The position numbers and the translations under genes are program-made. Source: Utricularia gibba (lineage: Eukaryota > Plantae > Magnoliophyta). From it: 64,000 nucleotides of DNA. How positions within the stretch are numbered: the stretch's first letter is position 1; each line of letters opens with the position of its first letter. Of the stretch, positions 13,798-25,462 are shown in pieces. Under the pieces are notes generated by a model that was not told the origin of the DNA, made no database searches, and saw only the letters and a list, made by a program, of their open reading frames with translations. The stretch is from assembly GCA_002189035.1 (NCBI GenBank), contig NEEC01000030.1, positions 186,001 through 250,000 on the forward strand, given 5' to 3'.

Positions 13798-14870
13798 TGA
13801 TAAGTGATTTTGTGTCGTTCCAAAACATGTTCTTGCACTACTCTTGAGTGTTGTTTTTACTTATCTTAGACTCCACTTTCTCATTATTCTCAATTGATTT
13901 TGCATCTTTCACACTACTTTGATCTTTTTGGAGAGAAAGTGTATTTTGTGGATTTTTAGGGTACTTTTGAATCAATTTGAGGAGAAATCAAGACCCACCA
14001 AATTATGGACTTGATGGGCCATGAATCTCAGCCCAAGACTCAGTCAAATGATGAAGATTTGATCCAAGATTCGTGCATAAGATAGAGACGTCTCAATATG
14101 AAAACTTGGATCTACTCTCCTATAAATACCCCACCCTCTCAACCATTAGAGACGTCTTTGACCATTTTTCCTTTGTACTTTTCCTATTTTTGTGTCTATT
14201 TTCATGTTAGAGTCAAGTCTGCGCGTGTAGGTGCTTGCGGCTGAGGATCTGTGGTGAAGCCTTGCTTGCGCAAGTCCTGCGCGTGTGACTGTTTTACTAT
14301 GTTTTTCGACATTTAAATTGAGGTTTGATTCCGTTTTTTGCAACGTTTTCTTTACCAACGTGATCTTTAGTACCATATAACCCTAAGGGAGTGTGGAAGA
14401 ATCAAAGGTTGGGCTCAAGCACCTAAGGAGAAGGGCTCAATCGGACATCGTTGGTAAGGCACATTCTGTCTAATCTGTCTACGAGATGTGAGGTGTACGG
14501 GTTAGATTTGGGTGTGGGGAAAACGTGGGTTATCATAAAAGTTGAAATGGCTCTTGTGGCGTGGTTGATTCCATAATCCCACTAAACAAGGGACGGTGCT
14601 ATAACGGTCACCAAGTAGCACTATTTTAAAATAACACCCCCAAAACTTGCGCAAGTAGGTCAGTTTTCAAGGTTTACACACACAAGTTTGGGCAAGTTTT
14701 GAGCAAGATGGATCCCAGGTCCAATGCCACTTTTCTTCTTGTTTTTAAAACCAAATCTTTCTTTTGTTTTCGGTCTTTTTGAGTCTTTGTTTTGAAAAGA
14801 AAATTCCAATAACAATTCCCTGTGGATACGACCTTATTTTATTACTTCAACGGTTTCTGTTTAACTTGCA
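13798..14870 (+). mobile_element. Family B LTR inserted in the Athila 3' LTR, 3' end clipped
   Basis: Starts TGATAAGTGATTTTGTG; collinear with 8435-9584 until ~14860-14870; terminal ...ACCATCA and TSD missing. Confidence 0.85.
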
Positions 14871-14871
14871 T

Positions 14872-15645
14872 TTCTTTTGTGAAAGTCAGGTATCGGGTGT
14901 TCAACATATCTGCATGATGCTTGAAGTATGGTATCTCCTTGCACGTCATTTGCCTCTGAAATTTCTCCTTTTCTTGTGCAAACTTCCCTGCTTTCACATA
15001 TAGAGGTACCAATTTAAGTAAAAATTTATTTCTTTTAATGGTACCTTCATTTTCCTTTTCTGTTGTGCTCCCAAATGACTGCTCCTCTGCTTCCTGAATT
15101 TCCTTGTTCTGATTCTCTTCATTTTTGCCGTCATTTCTGTCCATTAAATCTTCTTCTTCAGCAACCTGTTCTTCGAGTTCCTCCACTTCATCTCTTGATT
15201 TTTCAGCATTTGTCTCTGGAACAGGTATTGCTGGTTCCTAGGGGATGACATTTTCTTCTTCGGGGACAGGTTAGTCCAGTGGTGTCTTTTGCTTTTTCTT
15301 CCTACCCTTCCCTTTCTTCTTCTTAGTCAAGACTTGTGGTTTTGAGGGTGGTTCTTCCACTGATGCTCTTCCCTTCCTGTAACTTTTCTGCATGTTCCTC
15401 AATCTTTTTTGGAGGCTCACATGCTCTAAGCTAGGGTTGTCAGATGGTTCTCCCATTTCAGCCGCCTGGAGGATCACGTCCACTCCCTGGAAATTTTCTG
15501 TGGCAGCAACAGATGGAAAATCCCCTTCTTCTAGGGCTGGAACAACAGTAATTTCTTCTTCAGTGCCTCCAGCAACTTCCTTTGGCTGCTCTGTTTGCAT
15601 TTTCTTCCGATTGGGTCTCTCCTTTGCGGCTTTTCTTCCACTTAT
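14872..15645 (-). pseudogene. Athila accessory ORF downstream of pol (acidic/basic low-complexity, frame-broken)
   Basis: ORFs 15271-15600 and 14842-15186 lie between pol and the 3' LTR, where Athila elements carry an extra (env-like) ORF. Confidence 0.55.
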
Positions 15646-16001
15646 TGTTGAAGGAATTTTGTTTCTACCACTGTAATTTCACAGAAAAATCACAGAAGAA
15701 ACGGTTGAAGTGAGGAACAAAGAAACGGCTCCCCCTTTCGCTTCAAGCACCAGGGGCTTTTTTATCATTTCCTTGGGTTCGACTTCCCACTTCCCTCAAC
15801 GGTCGAATTTTTGTGTAACTCCTCATGCTTAATTTCCCTTGAGTTAAGCATCCATCCTTGCCCAGCAGCACAAAACATGGCAAAAATCCTAAAAGAAAAA
15901 CATTAAAATAGAAATAAATATTCATAAATTAAAAGAGTTAACCATGGGTTGCCTCCCATAAGCGCCCTTGTTTAAAGTCTTGGACTCAACTTCTTATGTG
16001 G

Positions 16002-19000
16002 TTACGTTTTTTGCGAATCCATCAGCTTGATCATCTCCACCTTTCCTGTGATCATGTTAGCATTTTCATAAAAATTTTTTAACCTATGCCCATTTACCAA
16101 AAATCCCTTGTTTGAGTCTCTATCAAATATCTCTATAGCACCATTTGGAAAAATTTCCTTCACAACAAAAGGCCCTATCCATCTTGATTTCAGCTTTCCA
16201 GGATGCAATTTCAACCTAGATTGGAATAATAAAACTTTCTGGCCAATCTTGAAATTTCTCCTGGAAATATGTGCATCATGATAACTCTTAGTCCGAGCCT
16301 TGAATAGTTTTGCACTCTCGTACGCGTCATTTCTCAACTCTTCTAGTTCTGAAAGCTGGAGCTTTCTATGGCATGCACTAAGGTTTCTATCTAAGTTCAA
16401 CTTCTTCACAGCCCACCAGGCCTTGTGCTCAAGAGCTGCTGGTAATCTACAAGGCTTCCCATAGACCAACCGAAAGGGTGAGGTCCCAATGGGAGTCTTG
16501 TATGCTGTTCGTATAGCCCAAAGTGCGTCTTTCAACCTCATGCTCCAGTCCTTCCTGCTCGGATTCACAACTTTCTCCAGTATTTGTTGGATTTCCCTGT
16601 TGGAGACTTCGGTTTGTCCATTGGTTTGTGGATGGTACGCTGTAGAAGGCTTGTACAAAACATTAAAATGCTTCAAAACACTCCTTAAGGCCTGACTGTA
16701 AAAATGGGTTCCCCTATCACTGATTAGGGCCTTAGGGGTTCCATATCTCGTGAAGATGTTGTTGCATAAGAAATTAATCACAGTCTTTGCATCATCGGTC
16801 CGTGTAGGGATTGCCTCAATCCATTTGGACACATAATCAACCGCAACCAAAATATAATTGTAACTTGCTTAAGTAGGAAATGGTCCAATAAAATTTATAC
16901 CCAACACATCAAATAATTCACATATCAGGATTCCTTGCTGAGGCATTTCGCTTCGGTTTGATAAATTTCCTACCCTTTGGAATGGTTCACAATCTTTACA
17001 ATAGGCGTAACAATCTCTGAAAATATGTGCCCAATAAAATCCGCAATCTAGAATTTTTCTTGCTGTTCTATTTGGTCCATGATGGCCACCAAAAGGTCCT
17101 GCATGACAAGAATAAATTATTTTTGGAATTTCATTTTCATGAACGCACCTTCTAATGACGCCATCATTGCAATATGTAGTATTTGACATCACTCTTAAGC
17201 TTGTTCCTCGCATGATAGTCCATTGCAGGTGGTATCACTCCTGTAGAAACAAAATTTGTAAGGTCAGCAAACCACGATTCACTTATACTAGTCCGAACTG
17301 AGAATAGCTGTTCGTCCAAAAGCGTTTCAGTGATGATTCCATCTCCTTCACTTCCTTCAATTCTGCTGAGATGATCAACCACAAGGTTCTCCCTTCCAGG
17401 CCTGTCCTTTATCTCAACATCAAACTCTTGAACAAGAAGGACCCATCTAATAAGTCTTGGTTTGGAGTCCTTCTTCTCCATCAAGTGCTTCACTGCTGAA
17501 TGATCAGTGTATACCACCACTTTGCTACCTAAAAGATAAGAACGAAATTTTTCCAAGGCAAAAATAACAGCAAGGAATTCCCTTTCAATGATGGTATAAT
17601 TTTTTTGGGCTTCATCCAAAGTGAAGCATAAGAGATAACATGGTGCTTTCCTTCAATTTTCTGTCCCAAAAAAGCACCCACAACATGATTACTTGCATCA
17701 CACATGATCTCAAAATTATATTTCCAATTAGGTGGTTGCATCAAAGGTGTGGTAGTAACAGCCTTTTTCAAAGAATTAAAAGCATGCTTACATGAGTCAT
17801 CAAAATCAAAGGTACCATCATTATGCAACAACCTACTAAGAGGCAAGGCAATTTTCGAAAAATTCTTAATAAACCTCCTATAAAAACCAACATGTCCTAA
17901 AAATGATCTAATACCTTTCACATCAATGGGATAAGGAAGCTCAGATAGAATCTTAATTTTTGCCTTATCTACCTCAATCCCTTTTTTAGAAATCACATGT
18001 CCTAAAGCAATTCCATGATCCACCATAAAATTACATTTTTCAGAATTTAAAACCAAATTTTTCTCAATACATTTCTTCAAAACTTGATCTAAATGGTCTA
18101 AGCATGACTCAAAATTTTCTCCATATACCGTAAAATCATCCATAAATATTTCAATAAAATCATCACCAAAATTAGAGAAAATACTGGTCATACACCTCTG
18201 AAAGGTGGCTTGGGCATTACACAATCCGAAAGGCATCCTCCTATAAGCATAAGTTCCGAATGGGCACGTGAAGGTTGTCTTGTCTTGGTCCTGCCCTGAA
18301 ATAGGAACTTGATTATATCTAGAATATCCATCTAAAAAACAATAAAACGATTTTCCAGCCAATTTTTCCAACATTTGATCAATAAAAGGCAAAGGATAAT
18401 GGTCTTTCTTTGTCACTTCATTTAATTTTCAATAATCAATGCAAACGCGCCATCCATTTTGCACCCTTTGTGGAACAAGCTCGCCTTTCTCATTTTCTCA
18501 TTCACTATCTGTGATAGAGTAAATAATCCCTGCATCATGGAGTTTAACAATTTCTTTTCTTACCACCTCCATCATGTTCAGGTTGAGGCGTCTTTGAGGT
18601 TGACGAACTGGTTTTGCACCATCCTCTAGAAATAATCTGTGCATTCATATGGATTGACAGATCCCCTCAATGTCATCCAGCATCCAACCTATCGCTTTCT
18701 TGTTTCTATTCTGGACGTCGAGCAGTTGCGACTCTTGGTCTGAGCTTAGACAAGTGGAGATGATAACCGGGTTTCTGAACTCTGCGTCAAGAAAAACATA
18801 TTTTAAATGGTAAGGCAGCGGTTTCAATTCAGCTAACCTCTCTTCGTGAGTCTTGGCTTGCACCACATTTAACTGCTCAAATTTTTCTTCAGCTTCAAAT
18901 TTTGCAAATAAAGATTCTTCATGAGCCTCTTCTTTTTCTTGAATTTCCTTCTTCAAGTGCTCCTCAATTAGTCCATCCATGACATCCACAGCACAAATGC

Positions 19001-19679
19001 TCTCAAAATCACTAGGATAATTCTTCACATCCTTCATGTCCAGTGTGATTTTTTCTTTATCAAAAGAAAGCTCAATGGTTCCCATCTTCACGTTGACGAT
19101 AGCATTTGAAGTGCTCAAGAATGGTCTCCCTAAAATTTATGTCGTGTCTTTTGATCCTCCAGTGGGCATGTTCACCACATAAAAATCAGCTGGGAATACA
19201 AGATGCTCAATTTTCACCAAAACATCCTCTACCAAGCCTTTGGGAGAGATCACTCTCCTATTCGCTAGCTCAATTTGCACACCTGATGCTTTCAAAGGTC
19301 CCAACCTGAGTGTCTCATAAACAGAATTCAAAATGACATTTATAGAAGCCCTAAGGTCTACCATAGCTCTCCTGATGCACAAATCTCCTATTTTGCAAGG
19401 GATAAAAAATGTACCCGAATCCTTACGCTTTTCGGGTAGTTTCCATGTAAGAAGTGCTGAGCAGCTTTCATTCAATTTCACCTTCCCCTTCTCTTTCAGC
19501 TTGGGTTTAGACATGCATAACTGCTTCAGATACTTGACACTCTTTGGCACAAGATCAATATACTCCAAGAGAGTTAAATTCAATTGAGTGTTTCCCAATG
19601 CCTTCAACATTTTCTCTTTCTCGGTTTGCTCTTCTTTCGGCTTCAGCCTTCCTGGAAAAGGAGGCTGGGTCACCTTCAC
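16002..19679 (-). pseudogene. Athila pol (PR-RT-RNaseH-IN), frameshifted
   Basis: AMVDLRASINVI (protease); KDHYPLPFIDQMLEKL, MPFGLCNAQATFQRCM, FMDDF (RT); [18 protein letters not shown] (RH); ISDRGTHF, TAYHPQTNGQTE, WIGPF (IN). Confidence 0.93.
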
Positions 19680-19803
19680 CGTGACAGGTTATGGAAGTAC
19701 TTCAACTTCATCCTCACTTTGCACAATAGCTTCGTACTCCTCTGTCTCATTCTCCTTAGTCTCAGGCTAGACTAATTCTCGTCCAGGCTTCTCTTTTCCA
19801 CTC

Positions 19804-20430
19804 CTAAGTGTCATGGCGCTGATGTTCGGTCCTCCACTGGAATTTGGGTTTAGCTTGGGTTGAGATGGTAAACTCCCTTTTTGTTTTAGGTCTCCAAGCT
19901 CTGCTGCTAACTAACTCACTTGAACCTCCAAATTCCGGATTGCTTGCTGATTCTGAACTTGATTTTGAATTGATTGCGCCATGAATGTCTTCAACATTTC
20001 TTCCAATGAATTTCCAGAATTTCCTCCAGCATTGCCTTGATTTGAGGCTTGAAATGGCTGCTGGTTCTGTTGATTTTACCTTCGAAATGGAGGCGCTTGA
20101 TAAGATCTTTGCTCCTGAAAATTTTGCTGCCCCATGGTTGAGCCTTCTCCTTTGTAAGAATTTTCGTTGGAGCAACAACGAAAATTTGGATGATCCCTCC
20201 AGCCTGGGTTGTAAGTGTTAGAATAAGAGTCATATTTCTTCCTTTGCTGGGGCTCCAAAATCCCATGGCCTTGACATGCTCCTCCTCAAATAAATCTGGG
20301 CCTTTTCCGCGACATGCCCTGTTTTTGTGAGAGTTTCCGCACAACATGTTCTTAGCCTGAAATAAGAACAGCTCCTTCATCATTTCTGACATAGCAGCAA
20401 AATCTTTCTTGAGTTCATTCTCTGAAACTG
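19804..20430 (-). pseudogene. Athila gag C-terminal remnant
   Basis: YSNTYNPGWRDHPNF motif (20076-20258), typical of Athila gag; N-terminal gag deleted. Confidence 0.8.
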
Positions 20431-21115
20431 CCACTCATGCTTGGGAAATAAAACACGATTTCATTCATATAAGCTGGAGAAAATAACAGAAACATTGTAA
20501 GCTAGTCTGGTACAAAAACTAGAAATGTTCAGAAAACTGGAAGCAAGTAAAGATTGTTCTTTTGCCTGGTTGCTACTGTTCACAGCCCGGAACAGTAGCG
20601 CTGGATTGGGCTCTGGTGTTGTTCTTGACGATGGAGGCCTTCTTTTCTCCTTCTGGTTGGTGTTTTTCACGTTGGGGAAGAAGCCCCTTGCGTGCGTTCT
20701 ACACTCGCCGCGTCTCTCTTCTTTTCAAAATAAATTTCCCCTTTCCTTCACTCCATTGCACTGTTCCTGACCGACAATACTGTTCCCGACCGGCAGCATT
20801 TTTCCTGCCCTGAACTTGTAGACTGCAGGTGGCGGCAAAATAGTGCTCTTTGTCCTTCTCCGGATTTTGCGCACTTTTTCACTTGTTCCACACGTTTGCA
20901 AGTCTGATTTTCTGCTAATTTCCCTGCTGAACTTATTGAAATATTAGTAACAAAAGTTGTGGACTAAATCAAAGGATTTAGTCCACTTTTTAACATAATC
21001 ACATAAGATTAACATAAACACCACTTAAACATGAAAAATCACATTTATCTAACCTAAACCATAATAAAATATAACCATTTTGTATTATGAAATTCAGAAA
21101 AAATGTGTGTCATCA
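20430..21115 (-). repeat. 5' LTR remnant of the Athila element (3' half and PBS deleted)
   Basis: Matches family C LTR from its TGATGACACAC start to GCATGAGTGGC, then joins gag directly. Confidence 0.85.
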
Positions 21116-22004
21116 GTGATATGTGTAGTACTATCCACATTGTCAACATCTCCATTAGGATATGCACCTATTGATTTTTGCAAACATTCTAGCTTCTATG
21201 CAACCATGTGCAATAGGTTTTTCTGTATTTTGTATCTCTTATTATAACCGCACATGCGATTATCAATAAACTATACAATGAACACATTGGCGGCTACTTT
21301 ACATGAACTACTTTAACACCTTTGAGATGAAGTCCATTGGGACAATGCTTCCATCTTGTTAATGCGATTATCACTTTGGATGACATCTAATGACTCAAGC
21401 ACATAAAATCCTAGACCATCATGCACAACATTCCTCATATATAGTGGGCCCCCTCTAATGCTAGATATGATGAAGCATTATAGGAAGAATTAATGAAATA
21501 ATTAAATGATTTCTTGTACATATGAGAAAAACAAAGGGTACAAGAAAGACAAAAGGAATGAAGAAAGAGGATGCAGAGGGAATTGAAGACTACTCACTTT
21601 TTTTGCTACAAAGCACGTATATGTGTACTTAATGCTTTTGACCTATTGTGTACGTACTTGATACACGGGTACATGGATACATTCTGATACTATGATATTA
21701 ATAAAAAAATTAAAAAATATATTAAATGGTTTTATTATTTCGGAAAGTGCCTTCAAGGACAACTCCCATACAATTCTTGTGAGAGCTAGATAAGCATGTA
21801 CGGTAAGCACACAATGAAAGGGCTTTACAAACAGCATTACACTTCTTCACTCATGTGATATTGATGGATCAGGCTTTCGCCCATTGGAATAGACTTCTAA
21901 TTTTTGAATTAGTTAACCATTTTATTTAGAGTTTTGTTTTAGGGTTTTTAAGGAATGCATAGATTTGCTTCTTCATCATATCTATTATTTTTTTTTCAGA
22001 AATC

Positions 22005-25000
22005 ATGACTCAAGAGAATAGAGATTCAGATTTTATAAACTTGGAAGAAATTGCCATTGAATCTGGAAAAAATATTGATGACAATGATGATGATAACTCG
22101 CCTTTATGGGCATACGTTGAAAGAGAAAAGAAGGAAGGGGATAAAGGTGGAAATTTCACCGTGAAGTGTTATTTGTGCTCTAAGGTTTTTCACAGGATCA
22201 TATTCTAGAGTAAAAGCACATTTGATGAAGTTACCTTGCAATGGGGTTTCTATTTGAAAAAAAATTATGGGACCACTAATTGAAGAACTGCAAAAGATGG
22301 ATAAAGAAGCTGTAAAAAATAGGCAAACACCCAGAACTAGTACAATGGAAATTGTTAGTAGCTCGCCTACAACTGAAGCCTCTTTTAATTTGTATTGATC
22401 ACCATCTAGTTCCTTGAGAGGACATAAAAGAAAGACATCCACACAGTTGAGGATAGATGATAGTTTTAATATAATGATATTAAATGCAAAGTAATTGGAT
22501 GTCATTATTGTCGGAATGTTTTACTCAATAGGTCTTCTATTTCATCTTGCAAGGAATCTGTACTATGTTAAGGCTTTTTCTATTGCAACATCAAGAACAA
22601 TTCCAGATGAACTATATCTTTCTTAAAATAAGATTATTTTATATTATATATTTTTTATGATATTCATCTTTTGAATTGTAGGTTACAAGCCACCTGGATA
22701 TAATAAGTTGAGGACTACTTTTTAAAAAAAAAAATGAAAGCGCACATATTGAGAAAGCATTAGCCACTACACAAAACACTTGGAACTCTTTAGGAGTAAC
22801 CTTGACATTGGATGGATCCCCAAGGCCTTTGATAAATTTTCTAGCTTTGAATGAGGGTTGAGCAATGTTCATTAAAGCTATACATTGTGAATCAAAATTC
22901 AAGAATAGTGCGTATGCTGCTTCATTAATTGAAGATACTATTAAACAAATTGGCTCATCAAGGGTAATACAAGTTGTTACGGACAATACAAAGGTGTGTA
23001 GAGCTGCTGGTCGAATTATTGAGACAAAATATCCTAAGGTTTTTTTTATTTTATTAATTATTATTTGATTTTGTTGTGCGTCATTTTATCAACAAATTTT
23101 AAATATGTAAAACGTAAAACACAAAAGAGTGTAGTACGAGTATCGATCTTAAGGAGTTGAGTTTTGCGAAGAGTGTTTTGTTGAAAACTTTCACAAATTG
23201 TCATGGATTTACAAAAGGGGTTTTTGAAGTACAAGAAATAAAGATACAACCTAAGTAACAAACCTTGACTAAAGATTGCAGTTCATGGGAACGAACTGCA
23301 AGGAATAGCCTACTATCCCTTACACTCTGATTGACAAGGAGGCATGGGAATAGGCTCATGTGATTCCCTCTTGGATGATTAAGAAGACGAGGATTGCCGT
23401 CGATTGCCTTCAAAACTGAATTGTGCGCGTGTGCCCAACTATTGCCAATGATCAGTAGCGAGTACGAGGTCACTACTCGTCCACTGTCACAGTACCTCGG
23501 TCACAATCAATTTGCTACTTCCCTCGAACTGGTAGGGTTGGTCTGCTACTCATGGACCGTGACTAAGAGTCGTTACAGAAAGACTGCAACAAGACGCGTG
23601 GAAGTATGCAAAATCCGGAGTGAATTAGTGAAGAACCATGTTTAACGCTCAAGAATTGGAAGGAAACTTCATCTACTCCCAAGATCTAAGAGAGTTTAGC
23701 CACAAAGGGCCATGAAAACAACAACGAAAATGAAAGCTAAGTGTTCTTCCTCCTTGGAGGAGAGGAAGAGCCCAAAAGTTCTAAATGTGAAAAGTAAGTG
23801 TCAAAAGTCCCAAAATAAGTGTTCCAAGTTGCTTTTATCTCACTCCCATGTACATTAACTCCTTCTGGTCCTCTTCTCATCATTCCTTCTGTCTTGCGTG
23901 CACCACCACCTTTCCCTTGCGTGCAAGTTAATGCCCAATCATTTCTGCAGATTTTCAAATGCCGTAAGTCAGGGGCCTTGACTAGTGTTAGTCTTTCGCT
24001 CACAATTGTTCCAAGTTGCGAGCAAGGCACGAAAAGTCAGAGTCTGACCTCCTGCAACACTCCATACTGCCTCCTGATAAAGAAAATATATACAAAATAG
24101 AAAAATAGGATTTTTTTAAGAAAATCAATTACTTATCAATATAATTCCTAAATTGGGTGACTTAACATTAGATTAACATATAATAATACCTAAATATAAA
24201 CTAGAAAATGACACTTAACAGATTTGATGATTTGTTTTAATATTTTTTACTTTTGTTTTTTAAATTATTTATATTCGTTTTCCTTTTTACATCTTTTAAA
24301 CTCCTTGTATTGTGCACACTTTAAATCTTGTTCTCAAAGATATTTGTGTACCAAAAAAAAAAGGATCCAATCAATTATGATGCATGCAAATGGATTTCTG
24401 ATATCACAAATAGAATGATGATGATTAAGAGTTTTATTACTAATCATCGCATGTGGTTGTTCTTATTCAAGAAATATTCAAAGCTTAAGCTTTTGAATGT
24501 TGGTGAAACAAGGTTTGCCTTGGTTGTAATTGTGATTAGAAGATTTGTTTGGCTTAAAAAAGAGCTGAAGGCTTTGGTGATTAGTGAGAATTAGTATGAG
24601 TATCAAAATGATAATGCTGCAAAAGCTAAAGAAGTGGGAGAAGTTTTGTTGAGTTATTCTTTTTGGGATTCTATTGAGTATATACTCTTTCACAAATCCT
24701 ATTTATGAGATATTGAGATTATGTGATACAAATGAAGCAAGTTTACGTCTAGTTATTGGGATGTGGGACTCCATTTGTATGAAAGTTAAAGAAGCAATAT
24801 ACACTTATGAGCAAAAGCATTCAGATGAGGAAAGTTCTTTTTGGCGTGTTGTGGAGTTGGTGCTATTAGAAAGAGGAGGTGATAGTTTGATAGCATTGCA
24901 TGCATTGGCTCACACTTTGAATCCAATTATGCTTTGGATATTCAAATTTATATTTAATAGATATGTTCAAAGTTGTTTAAAAATTAATGACAACTTTGTT

Positions 25001-25462
25001 TGATATTATGATTATTTTTTTATAGAGTTTATACAGAAGAATGGAAGAATGAGCATCCTTATTTTCCAGATGTTGCAAAAGATAAAGACTTAACAGGTTC
25101 AAGACGAGAATTTTGTTGAGCATTATTTCCCAACGCAAGAAAAATGATTGGATGCATATGGTGAGATTGCTAACTTTGTGGCGTGCTTATCTGATTTTGG
25201 TACCACTGATGCCATGGCTGGAAGGTTAAAGATGAAAGCAATTGTGTGGTGGGTTACTTTTTGGATAGAAAGACCTATCATTCAAGCCTTAGCAATGAAA
25301 ATATTTGGTCATGTTTCATCTTCTTTTGCTTGTGAGAGAAACTGGAATACCTACTACAAGTTCATACATTCAGCAAAAAGACACAAATTAGCAGATGAAA
25401 GAGCTAAAGATCTTGTGTTTATTCACAGTAATTGGCATCTTCTATCAAGATTTTTCAGATAA
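22005..25462 (+). pseudogene. hAT transposase (BED finger, DUF659-like core, C-terminal dimerisation domain), degraded
   Basis: SPLWAYV...KCYLCSK (BED); VIQVVTDNTKVCRAAGRIIETKYP; WWVTFW...CERNWNTYYKFIHSAKRHKL...AKDLVFIHSN; several stops and frameshifts. Confidence 0.88.
23072..24220 (-). mobile_element. Solo LTR, Athila family E, in an intron-like region of the hAT transposase
   Basis: TGTTGTGCGTC...GACACTTAACA; perfect TSD GATTT (23067-23071, 24221-24225). Confidence 0.9.

Larger units (their letters stand above)
12618..21115 (-). mobile_element. Athila-type Ty3/gypsy retrotransposon (family C LTRs), internally deleted
   Basis: TG...CA termini with perfect TSD GTGAT (12613-12617, 21116-21120); gag-PR-RT-RH-IN order; both LTRs partly deleted; 13332-13797 matches 20430-20897. 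Confidence 0.92.
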
